Shown here piece by piece: positions 24,812 through 36,384 of a stretch of 64,000 bases of DNA; the stretch's first letter is position 1; each line of letters begins with the position of its first letter. The notes beneath the pieces are model-generated. The model was not told where the DNA came from. It saw only the letters and a program-made list of their open reading frames with translations, and ran no database searches. The DNA is from Octopus bimaculoides. Taxonomy: Eukaryota. The position numbers were made by a program, and so were the translations under genes. The DNA lies in assembly GCF_001194135.2 (NCBI RefSeq), contig NC_068995.1, positions 28,949,873-29,013,872 on the forward strand, in the 5' to 3' direction.

Positions 24812-25164
24812 ATATGGGTACAGGACGTCACCAACAATACAAATAACATACACACGAGCGATAGATACAAGACGTAGACTGTAATTACAGGACAAAAACG
24901 AGTGAAATACGTAAACAACGAGAAAAAAGGAAACCAAGACAAGTCAACACAGAAAAAGGACCCTTCATCAGTTGTCGGCTGTCTATCTACTCCTCCAGGC
25001 GACAACTGATGAAGGGTCCTTTTTCTATGTTAACTTGTCCTGTTTTCCATTTTTTCTCGTTGTTTACGTATTTCATTCGTTTTTGTCCTGCAATTACACT
25101 CTACGTCTTGTATCTATCTCTTGTGTGTATGTTATTTGCACCGTTGGTGACTCTATACCCATAT
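24812..25164. repeat. Palindromic element (about 165-bp arms, 22-nt spacer) within (TA)n
   Basis: 24812-24977 is the reverse complement of 25000-25164. The outer ends are atatgggtacaggacgtcaccaac and gttggtgac..tacccatat. Confidence 0.85.
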
Positions 25165-25168
25165 ATGC

Positions 25169-25226
<58 letters not shown>

Positions 25227-26447
25227 AATAATAGAAACACCAAGCATCATAGCATCATAATTTTGAAATATCTATGAAACCGTCAAAAGTGTGTTTATTT
25301 TTATGCTTTTTGATTTATTATTAGTGTTGCTTAATGTTTTGCTGAAATTGCTGTTTCTTTTCAGATATCATCAGAAAAAGGTAATTAAAATTCATTAAAA
25401 TGTCAGATCTCGTATGGCAGTCGCTAGCGTAACGAAAACAGCCGAAATGTTTGGTGTATCAAGAAGTACTGTCTCGAAAGTAGTGATAGCCTTTGAGAAA
25501 GCGGGAAAAACCTCCTCGTTGAAACAAAACTCCGGAAGAAAATCCAAACTTTCAGACACGGACCGTCGAATACTTACGCGAATTGTTAGAAAGGATCACA
25601 AAAGTACAGCTCCCAAAATTAGTGCAGAGCTTAACGATCACCTCGAGAATCCAGTTTCCACAAAAACTGTTCGCCTGGAGCTGCACAAAGCCGGGAGTGC
25701 TGCAATCAGAAAACCACTACTTTCAAAAAACAAACGTTAAAAAGCGTTTAGAGTGGAGTAAAATCCTACAGAATTGGTCCCTAGAGCAGTGGAAGAATGT
25801 TATTTTCTAGGACAAGTCATCCTTTTCCTTATTTCTGACCACCGGCCGAGTATACGTGTGGAGATCGCCAAAAGAAGTATTTGACCCAGACTACCTTCTT
25901 CCAACTATTAAACATGGAGGAGGATCTGTGATAATCTGGGAGGTGAGGGTCATATCTTGGAAATCCGCCGGCCCAATGGTTTCCCTTCATGGCAAAATTA
26001 ATGGTCAAGACTATTTAAGCATTTTATCTGATCAAATTTAGCCTATGGTTGCGGAACTGTTTTCGGAAGAAAACGCAATCTTTCAGAATGATAATTCACC
26101 AATTCACACAGCTAAAGTTGTTACTGAATGGCATACGGAACATTTTAGTGAAGCTGAACGATTTATCTGGCCACCATAGTCCCTAGATCTCAATATTATT
26201 GAACATTTATGGTGCATTTTAGAAAAACAAGTAAGGAGTCGATATCCTCCTCCATCATCACTACAAGAACTGGAGACTGTTTTAGCTGAAGAATAAACAA
26301 ATATTCCTTTGGAAACAATTCAAACTTTGTGTGAGTCTATACCTCATAGAATTCAAGCTGTAATTACTGCCAAGCGCTGTCCTATTCCATATTAAAATTA
26401 ATTTATTTGAAATTTTAAGGTGTTTCCATTATTTTGTCCAACCCCTG
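25227..26447 (+). mobile_element. Tc1-like DNA transposon, near full length, pseudogenised, DD36E spacing
   Basis: Paired-like HTH (TAEMFGVSRSTVSKV), GRKSKLSDTDRR, IF*DKSSF, KHGGGSVIIW and FQNDNSPIH..WPP*SLDLNIIEHLW are present. The right TIR is ..ttattttgtccaacccctg|TA. The left TIR is partial (aataatagaaacacc). Confidence 0.93.
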
Positions 26448-26534
26448 TATATATATATTATATTATATTATATTATATTATTTATTTACTTAATTGGACA
26501 CGACACATCCATTCCCAAGTAAGTATATATATAT

Positions 26535-26821
26535 AATTAGAGAAGAAACCTTTACCATTTTTTAATGATATATATTTATATCCTTTATTAAAAATATCTA
26601 ATATTTTAAAATACAATCTTCCACACATTTACGATTTAAGTTTGTATTTAGTGCAGAAAAATCATATATATGTATATATATATATATATATGAATTTTCG
26701 GCACTAAATACAAACTTAAATCGTAAATGTGTGGAAGATGGTATTTTTAGAATATTAGATATTTTTAATAAAGGATATAAATATATATCATTAAAGAATG
26801 GTAAAGGTTTCTTCTCTAATT
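26535..26821. repeat. About 135-bp inverted duplication centred on (TA)n at the 5' end of a PLE RT fragment
   Basis: 26535-26670 is the near-perfect reverse complement of about 26685-26821. Confidence 0.9.
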
Positions 26822-28680
26822 GTCTTTATAAGGGACATTCTAATATAAGTAAAAGAAAGATAAAAGAAATGATAAATTTTATTATTGATAATTCGTTTGT
26901 TATGTTTGCGGGTAAGGTGTTTGAGCAGGTTAGGGGAATTCCAATGGGTGGCAATTGTAGCACTCTTTTGGTGGACCTTTATTTTTCTTAATGCAAGTTC
27001 CTTTTTCTTAAAGACTTATGTGCGAGGAAAAAGATTGATTTACTTCAACAACTTAATGGATGCTGCAGATACATAGATGGTACATTTATACCTAATTATG
27101 GTTTCTTTGAATTTTTACTCAGAAGAATATACCCTAGTGAGCTTATACCCGCCAGAAATGGTAACAATATAAAGAATATTAATTATTTAGATATCAATTT
27201 AGTAATTAAGGATAATAATGAATTATGAACTGAAATGTGGCTTCAAAGCCATTGTTTAGTAGTAGAATTCCTTCTTTTATTGGTTATGGTGTTTTTGCAG
27301 GGTAAATAATCAGATATAGTATTATTATTAATAATGCTAAAAAATTTTAGTATAGAACAAATAAACTGTTAAGATATTTAATAAAACAAAGGTATAGATA
27401 TGGTAAATTGGTTAAAACTTTTAACCACCGTTTAGGTGGGAGACTTGAAATTTTAAATAAATATGGAGTAGTATCTAGTCTTCAACTTAGCAAATATTTG
27501 TAAAGAGTTGGAATGTTTACGATTCAAATTATTTGCTTACTACGTCACCAACATTGTTTCAGACAATTGAGGAAGTAGTAATTACGTACTACGTCATCTA
27601 TAGTTAAGATAATCTTTTGAGTTGTAGAAGTAATGGAACCATGTGGTTTGAAAAACAGGTGAGTATTAATACTTTGTAGTTTTATTGTCTTTTAATCAGT
27701 TTTAATTTAGCTTTAATCGTAGCAAAGTTTTATAGTAATAGTTAATTTCAAGTATACTTTTATTAGTTCCTATTTAATAAATTTAATATTTCTACTAGTT
27801 ACTGGTAAGTTTATCTCATAGCTTGTAAGGGTAATATATATTAAGAGCATGTCGTGTTTTTATTATTAACTTTTGAATTATGAAATAATGATTTTCACGC
27901 ATATTATTCGTTAAGTTCAATTCAATCGTGGTTTGTTTTGGTGAGAATTGAAACAAAGCTTTCACTTTCTTTTATTATAATCGTAACTATGGAAGATTGG
28001 TGGGATTATTATTTGTATAGACTCAAAGGTTGGTTGCTATTTAGTATATAATTTAATTATTGTAGGTTTACTATTAATACCAATACAGATGTAGATAGAT
28101 TTATGTGTTTCTTGTAGTTTTATTTTAAAGTTAGTGTTTAATCCTACCTATATTTAAACTGGATACTGTTGTACATAGGGTGAATGTGTTTGAAAGTTGT
28201 GGGGATTTTTTGTATGTTTATTTCCAAACAGCACATCTTTTAGTGCTGTTGACACCGCAGGATTGAATTGTACTGCCCAGGTGTCGAAACCATAATGATA
28301 TCCGTGGGGCAGCTGATGATGGAGGTATGTTGGATTGTTGGTATGGCTGCTTTTGTATATGTGGAATAGTGTTATAACACATCCTTTTGACTTAGTAAGA
28401 GGAGGGATATAATATTCAGACAGATACCGAATTTCTCTATAAGCTGAGAAAAAAGCTCATCGATGAAAGGTCATGGTTTACTACTATTATCAAGCCTAAT
28501 TCAAACTAATAACGGAGGAAAATTTCTCTTTAAACAATGTCATTTTTATATATCCTGAAGAGATTGTACTAATAATGCATTGATCGCTGCATATAAATAT
28601 GCAACAATATGCAATTAGTACAATCGAAACACGCGTCGGACAATTATTATGAATAAACTAACTGGAAATAAACATAAAGT
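26690..28680 (+). mobile_element. Naiad-like Penelope RT fragment with no C-terminal GIY-YIG, plus long 3' region
   Basis: Reads INFIIDNSFVMFAGKVFEQVRGIPMGGNCSTLLVDLY, RYIDG, IYPSEL, NYLDINL and SRIPSFIGYGVFAG*IIRY..F..R..L..L..Q.Y..L..F, ending at a stop near 27505 with no endonuclease after it. Confidence 0.7.
28553..28641 (+). ncRNA. Hammerhead ribozyme candidate with perfect 12-bp stem II
   Basis: TC-CTGAAGA-GATTGTACTAAT-(40 nt)-ATTAGTACAATC-GAAA-C-ACGC-GTC-GG. The triplet is GUC. Stem I is only about 2 bp. Confidence 0.65.
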
Positions 28681-30203
28681 TTGAATGTTCAAACTCTTCA
28701 TTCTTGTTATTTTCAATATATATANNNNNNNNNNNNNNNNNNNNNNNNNNNNNNNNNNNNNNNNNNNNNNNNNNNNNNNNNNNNNNNNNNNNNNNNNNNN
28801 NNNNNNNNNNNNNNNNNNNNNNNNNNNNNNNNNNNNNNNNNNNNNNNNNNNNNNNNNNNNNNNNNNNNNNNNNNNNNNNNNNNNNNNNNNNNNNNNNNNN
28901 NNNNNNNNNNNNNNNNNNNNNNNNNNNNNNNNNNNNNNNNNNNNNNNNNNNNNNNNNNNNNNNNNNNNNNNNNNNNNNNNNNNNNNNNNNNNNNNNNNNN
29001 NNNNNNNNNNNNNNNNNNNNNNNNNNNNNNNNNNNNNNNNNNNNNNNNNNNNNNNNNNNNNNNNNNNNNNNNNNNNNNNNNNNNNNNNNNNNNNNNNNNN
29101 NNNNNNNNNNNNNNNNNNNNNNNNNNNNNNNNNNNNNNNNNNNNNNNNNNNNNNNNNNNNNNNNNNNNNNNNNNNNNNNNNNNNNNNNNNNNNNNNNNNN
29201 NNNNNNNNNNNNNNNNNNNNNNNNNNNNNNNNNNNNNNNNNNNNNNNNNNNNNNNNNNNNNNNNNNNNNNNNNNNNNNNNNNNNNNNNNNNNNNNNNNNN
29301 NNNNNNNNNNNNNNNNNNNNNNNNNNNNNNNNNNNNNNNNNNNNNNNNNNNNNNNNNNNNNNNNNNNNNNNNNNNNNNNNNNNNNNNNNNNNNNNNNNNN
29401 NNNNNCACACACACATTTATACGCAGACACCAATAAAAAACACAGAATCACGCACTCATACACACGCAGACGCACTCATGCATACAAGTGTTGGTATACA
29501 TGTTGATATCTGTTGTAGCCAGTTGGGTTTAAAAGTTGGTGGGTCGATAGAGGGGTTGGTATGGGTTACACTGGTTTAGATGTTAGTAATGGTGGATATT
29601 GTTGCTGTTGAGGTTGTCATGTTGTTCTTGGTAATTGTATTGTTGTGGCTGTTTAGTCTCAAGTCAATCCTCATAGACCTAAGATCAAAGACATTTCATT
29701 CAACTTTCAAAATAAACTAGGAAAACCACATTATATACTTTTATTTGAAATGGATTTGCTTGTCTACTTCATACTATCTATTACTGTTGCTGTTGGTGGT
29801 TGTGCTGGTGTTGATGATAGAAATACACGCACACATACATACATACATACATACATACATACATGCATGCATATATCTTTATGCATGCATACATACCTAC
29901 ATGTTGCTCAACGTAGTCATCCGATCTACTACAATTAGCAGTTAAGATTCTCTCGACATGGTATACTCAAGGCTGAAACATTTTTGACCAGATGGTTCTC
30001 TCAGACAGCTCAACAAGGACTAAACAGAGACTAAACAGCAATAACGGTAAATTATAGACTAATAGTCAATCATGAACAACCATTATTTTCTACATTTTAG
30101 TAGTAGTAGTAGTAGTAGTAGTAGTAATTGTTGTTGTTGTTGTCGTTATTGCTGTGGCTTTGTTAGTCGTCGTCGTCGTTGTTGTGTTAGTCTTGAAAGT
30201 TCG

Positions 30204-30260
30204 CGAGTTGGCGTAGATCTCGAGTTGGCGTAGATCTCGAGTTGGCGTAGATCTCGAGTT
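30204..30260. repeat. Perfect 17-bp tandem repeat, about 3.3 copies
   Basis: (CGAGTTGGCGTAGATCT)x3 plus CGAGTT. Confidence 0.95.
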
Positions 30261-30629
30261 TGAGCTGAAAGTGAAGTCTACGTCTAAGAAGATAAATCCT
30301 AATGGATTTAAACGAACTCTGGGTTGTACAATATACTCACATACTCACATACATATGTGTACACATACATTCGTGCACATAAAGCACAATACACATATGC
30401 GCGCACTTACACACAAACAACGCACACACACACACATACACACACACACACACACACACTCACACACACATATATATATATATATATATACGCATATACG
30501 TACGCTATACATACACGTCTACGTATGAGTGCTCATGCATAGTGGTATCATCGTGTGTATGAATGCATGAGAGAGGGAGAGAAAGACGGAAAGGAAAGGG
30601 AGATAGCGGAGGTGAGCGAGAGTGAGAGA

Positions 30630-30638
30630 GTGAGAGTA

Positions 30639-30690
<52 letters not shown>
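30630..30690. repeat. (GA)n microsatellite
   Basis: Directly visible. Confidence 0.95.
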
Positions 30691-30694
<4 letters not shown>

Positions 30695-32131
30695 AGGTAT
30701 CAGTTTCTTACAAACTTGCAGCAAAAAGCATCAAAAAGTCAGAAAACCCGAGTTTGAAAAATCCCATTTGTTTTTAGTTTTTCCGTCTTAATTCCTCTCT
30801 NNNNNNNNNNTCTCTCTCCTTCCCTCCCTACCTCTCCCCCTCTCTCTCTCGCCCTCTCTGCTCCCTGCTCTCCGCATTTTCTTTTTGTTATTCCTGCTTT
30901 TTTGTTTTTACTTCTTTTACTCCCACGAGCCACGTCATGTATCACATAGGACATAAAGAGAAAGAAAACTGCGATTCATCACGTGGCTGTCAAATAACAT
31001 AGGGGCAAAGGTTGATATCAAGCAAGACAGTAAAAGTGTTCAATTAAGCGCCACCTTCAGCTGGCTTCTATCACACATCAGTTAGCCATAACCAGCCAAC
31101 GTCACAGAAGTGAGGTTAGATATTTGAAGCTCGAAAGTTTTAGTTTATGGCAATGTGTGCATCTGAGTGTGTGTATCTGTGTGTGTGTGTGTGTGTGTGT
31201 GTGATCAATACTGCGAGCAAGTTTTACACATAATAAAGTGTAGAAGTTGAAGACACATGCCCTGAGCAATCGAAGGTTTTCAAAATATCAACATACATCT
31301 TAAATTACTTGTGCGTTTACAGCGTTTCATTTTATTATTATGATGTACTAAACAAAATCCATAAAAACTACAAATAATATGTTCTATAGTACTTTGTAGC
31401 TATATGCACATTATTTACTCGTTAATACTATAACAGTTATTTGGTAATAACCAAAATTCTTGAGATAGTCATTCTTATATATTTAAAAAAATTTCTACTA
31501 CTTTACGCTCCCGTCTTGTCAGTATCCAAACTACTGATGCCCGATATTTGCACACAAACACACACACACAAACATGTACTCACACAAACGCACACATATT
31601 TACATACATACATGTGTATTTTGGTGTATGTGTTATAAGTGTGTCCCTTACCTGTTATCAACCTCCCTGAAGGAGAGGAACAATTCACCCCACTAAATCT
31701 GCGGCTTCTACCATTTCCACCACATCTACTGCGTCGGCACGTGAGAGTAACATAACTCCTACTACTACAACTATCATTGCTGCTAGCACAACTGCCACCG
31801 CAAAATACGAAGGAACAAAAGACAACCACTATTGCCGAAACTGATGCTATTTCTATTACCAGCACTACTATCTTGTACATTTTGTAAAAAAAAAAAAAAA
31901 TGTACGAGCTTTCAAAACTGCTACCATGAAACATTAATTTAAAGTATTGCAATTTATTTTCCCTTCATTTATAGCACAACTAAATCGGCTTAAGCATTTG
32001 AAACTGGTGGCACATTTTGATAGAAATATATATACGTTCTTCCTTTTATCCGTAATAATAGATTTCTCATGGCATTTTCATCCTTTTCTACACACACTGA
32101 CGTATGCACGCACACTGATCGTACCTGCAAT

Positions 32132-32172
<41 letters not shown>

Positions 32173-34271
32173 GTTTAGATATAGATTCAAGGTTGAATAT
32201 GGTACTTATGCGTAGGCACCCGAATATCATATCCCAAAAGGATAGGTGATCAAAATCAAAAAATAAGCAACACGGATTTCAAAGGTGATTGTAGTACGCA
32301 CGTTTCATGCTACTTCAATTTATTTAAGTAATGCGAGCATTACCTTAAATGCAATNNNNNNNNNNNNNNNNNNNNNNNNNNNNNNNNNNNNNNNNNNNNN
32401 NNNNNNNNNNNNNNNNNNNNNNNNNNNNNNNNNNNNNNNNNNNNNNNNNNNNNNNNNNNNNNNNNNNNNNNNNNNNNNNNNNNNNNNNNNNNNNNNNNNN
32501 NNNNNNNNNNNNNNNNNNNNNNNNNNNNNNNNNNNNNNNNNNNNNNNNNNNNNNNNNNNNNNNNNNNNNNNNNNNNNNNNNNNNNNNNNNNNNNNNNNNN
32601 NNNNNNNNNNNNNNNNNNNNNNNNNNNNNNNNNNNNNNNNNNNNNNNNNNNNNNNNNNNNNNNNNNNNNNNNNNNNNNNNNNNNNNNNNNNNNNNNNNNN
32701 NNNNNNNNNNNNNNNNNNNNNNNNNNNNNNNNNNNNNNNNNNNNNNNNNNNNNNNNNNNNNNNNNNNNNNNNNNNNNNNNNNNNNNNNNNNNNNNNNNNN
32801 NNNNNNNNNNNNNNNNNNNNNNNNNNNNNNNNNNNNNNNNNNNNNNNNNNNNNNNNNNNNNNNNNNNNNNNNNNNNNNNNNNNNNNNNNNNNNNNNNNNN
32901 NNNNNNNNNNNNNNNNNNNNNNNNNNNNNNNNNNNNNNNNNNNNNNNNNNNNNNNNNNNNNNNNNNNNNNNNNNNNNNNNNNNNNNNNNNNNNNNNNNNN
33001 NNNNNNNNNNNNNNNTATATATATATATATATATATGCAAATAATTAGAAAATGAAGAAAAACATAGATTAACCAGCGCATCGATAGGACCACATTTTAA
33101 AGCATATTTCTTGATACAGTGCAAGACATTACAATTCTAACAGCTGTTTCTGATCAAAATACCAGAATGCAGTCTATACATAAATACGAGAATAAAATTC
33201 TTCATCTTCATAAGGCATTTGAATTAAGGCAACAGATTTTCATCAGAGTGAAAAGCAAGAGCATACAATATAAACAAAAGGAAGAAGGAAAAGGGGAGAA
33301 AACATGGCTTAGACAAAAAGTCTAGAAGCCCAATATCTTAAGTACACATAGTTATTTACCTTCAGGGCTCAAAGAGCGTAGATGTGAGAGTGAGCTATTA
33401 AAAGACTAGGGAAAACTACAAATTATTAATGGGAGTGTGCAATTAAGAGGTGGGGGTCAGGGCATTAAAAAAAAGAAGTTATCAAGAAGCTTTATGTAAA
33501 GAAAATACTAACATAAATATCAAAGGTCAAACCGATGTTAACGGAGAAAACTGAAGTAAAGGTAAACAAATTAACTAAAGAAAAAAATTCACAGGAAATT
33601 AATACCAAGAATATGGTCCTCAATGGAGTTAGTCTAAGTCCAACGGTCTCTACATTGGTCAGTAACAATTTAAAATAGGTCACCTGTTGAAACCGTTACA
33701 AAGGGTTTGTTTATAAATAAACAAGAAAAAGAAAGGAAGGTAAAAGGTAAGGGAGATAAAACAATGAGAAGAATGTATGTCCTTCCGCATCTCAAACGGT
33801 ATAACATGCGAGAGGGAAACATAATGAGCCCAACAGGTTAGTGGTTAAGGGGAGGCAACAGGTCTTGGTAGGCCAGCAGTTCAATGAAAACAAGGAAAAA
33901 AAGAGACAAAAAGGGGGGAAAAGATAAAAATCGCCCACATGGTCGCTTAGTTTGCAAGAAATAACAACTACATTTCCCTCAAACCAGAGCCTAAATAAAG
34001 TAATATAACGGGGTATGTTGATATAGTCTTTCATATATTATGTCAGAAAACAAGTCAGAATAGTCGTAGTTGGAAAGATTTGGTCATAGGTCAAATCAAT
34101 CCAAAGAGTTGAGCTGGAACTAAACTTTAATAAATATTTGTTTTAATTCTATGCAAATTGTATTTGAATTTACTCACTCATATAAAATGGAATGGCAATA
34201 TCGAAGTATGCGTTTTAGGACTGAACTTCAAATGTATATTAACACAGAATGCAAATATAAGAAAATGCTGA

Positions 34272-34680
34272 CGAGTGGCTGTGTGGTAAGTAGCTTGCTT
34301 ACCAATCACATGGTTCCAGGTTCAGTCCCACTGCGTGGCACCTTGAGCAAGTGTCTTCTACTATAGCCTCGGGCCGACCAAAGCCTTGAGAGTGGATTTG
34401 GTAGACGGAAACTGAAAGAAGCCCGTCGTATATATGTGTATATATATATATGTATGTGTGTTATATGTTGTGTATCGGTGTTTGTCCCCCCCCCCAACAT
34501 CGCTTGACAACCGATGCTGGTGTGTTTAGGCCCCCGTAACTTAGCTGTTCGGCAAAACAGACCGATAGAATAAGTACTAGACTTACAAAGAATAAGTCCT
34601 GGGGTCGATTTGATTCGACTAAAGGCGGTGTTCCAGCATGGCCGCAGTCAAATGACTGAAACAAGTAAAAGAAAAAAGAA
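34272..34680 (+). mobile_element. SINE family A, complete copy (tRNA head, internal microsatellite, 3' tail)
   Basis: A box TGGCTGTGTGG, B box GGTTCAGTCCC, a CORE-like ccttgagcaagtgtctt segment, internal (TA)/(TG), and tail cagtcaaatgactgaaacaagtaaaag. Confidence 0.88.
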
Positions 34681-34807
34681 CTAGAAATACAGACACAGAC
34701 AGCAGGAAAAGTGATGAAGATGCTAATGTGTAAATGCAATAAAAATAAAATAATTGACAAATCACAGGTTATTGAAGCCAGAGAAATTAATGAAACCTAT
34801 GAAAATG

Positions 34808-35202
34808 TTGGTTTCAAATTTTGAAAGGCCAAAGGCGGCGAGCTGGCAGAATCGTTAGCACGCCGGGTGAAATGCTTAGCGGTATTTCGTCTGCTGCTAC
34901 GTTCTGAGTTCAAATTCTGCCGAAGTCGACTTTGCCTTTCATTGTTTCGGGTTCGATAAATTAAGTACCAGTTAAGTACTTGAGTCGTTGTAATCGACTT
35001 GCTCCTTCCCCCAAAATATTAAAATTGAAAGGCCAGCAATATCGGGTAAGGGAAGTAAACTAATTACATCGATTCCAGTGTTCAACTAGTATTTATATCA
35101 TCGAGCCCAAAGGCAAAGTCAACCTCGGCGCCTTTGAACTCAGATGAAATGCCGCTAAGCATTTTCCCCAGCATGTTAATAGTTCTGCCAGCTCACCACC
35201 TT
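34808..35202 (-). mobile_element. SINE family B host copy, split by a same-family insertion
   Basis: 34808-34831 plus 35036-35202 reconstruct a copy like 59160-59372. Confidence 0.75.
34832..35024 (+). mobile_element. SINE family B nested copy with 11-bp TSD
   Basis: A box TGGCAGAATCG and B box GAGTTCAAATTC are present. It is flanked by TTGAAAGGCCA at 34821-34831 and 35025-35035. Confidence 0.8.
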
Positions 35203-35909
35203 AACCTGTTAAAATATTAAAAGCCAAAATGAAAGTGGAGTGTAATTTCTAGAAGACTTAATTATGTACAGAGTATATTTTCTTTAAATGTTTTATAACT
35301 ACATTTCAAAGCGTTGTTTTCATACACACACGCGCGCTAATTATGTAAAATATTTACGCATACAAACTTACAATTATTATATATACCCATGCGAAACCAG
35401 TCAACAATAGTCGCACAGACATACACATGCATAAACGCATAAGTAGATAGAGCAACACCGATGTATGTGGGCTGTGTGATACAAGCATACACTGACAATC
35501 TTCACATCTCTACACTGACAAATGGAAAAAAACGGGAAAGAGTACATATAATGTCACAGCTTCTCTGGTCAAAGAGAAAAAAAAGGCCAGTAACTGTCTG
35601 ACCTAGAGAATTATAAACATTGCGGCGAGACAAAGCACTTGGAGAAGGTCACCTATCGGTTAGTTTGCTAACTCGGATTGGTTTTGCTAATCTCCTTAGC
35701 CTATAGTGGCCTAGCAGGGCTTACGGAAAGCAAAAGTGTAAGAATAAGATGGCGACAGCCAGATGGAGCGATGAAAGAATTTTAATCCCTTATCGATGGT
35801 GTTGACCACGTCCAATGTTGGTTGAATGCTCGGCAAACATACTGTCTCATGGCGTTTGTTTACTCGATACTGCTTTCAGCTATGTTACCACTAAATCTCT
35901 TACACTACG

Positions 35910-35920
35910 CACACACAAAC

Positions 35921-36013
<93 letters not shown>

Positions 36014-36137
36014 CATACACACACGTGCATACATACATTCCCACATGCGTGTGTATGTGTCTATCTGTACATGTACATATATATGTTTGTATATGTGTGT
36101 GTGTGTATTTGTTGTGTATATTTGTGTGTGTGTGTAG

Positions 36138-36175
<38 letters not shown>
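35910..36175. repeat. (CA)n tract followed by complementary (TG)n tract
   Basis: Directly visible. Confidence 0.9.
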
Positions 36176-36310
36176 ATGTCTCGTAGTTTTGATAAATTTT
36201 GTATGTTTCGAATCATTATGATCAACTGTAACACTTTATAGTGATTCTCAAGCATGACCAAGTGACGGAAGCCACTGAAAGAATAAAAGATTATACATAC
36301 ATACGAACAA

Positions 36311-36384
<74 letters not shown>

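Noticed and set aside
28240-28330. GAAAC and CTGATGA motifs, and possible SECIS-like ATGA..GA, in the Naiad-like 3' region
   Set aside because: I could not build consistent stems I and III, or a canonical SECIS helix, by eye.
34272-34345. tRNA-like A/B boxes, also at 21505, 34833 and 47363
   Set aside because: These are SINE heads that continue into SINE bodies and do not form full cloverleaves, so they are not tRNA genes.
35748-35900. AAGATGGCG start context and MATARWSDER../LIDGV..CWLN..Y, faintly MADF/Myb-SANT-like
   Set aside because: Requires a frameshift, and the similarity is too weak to support.
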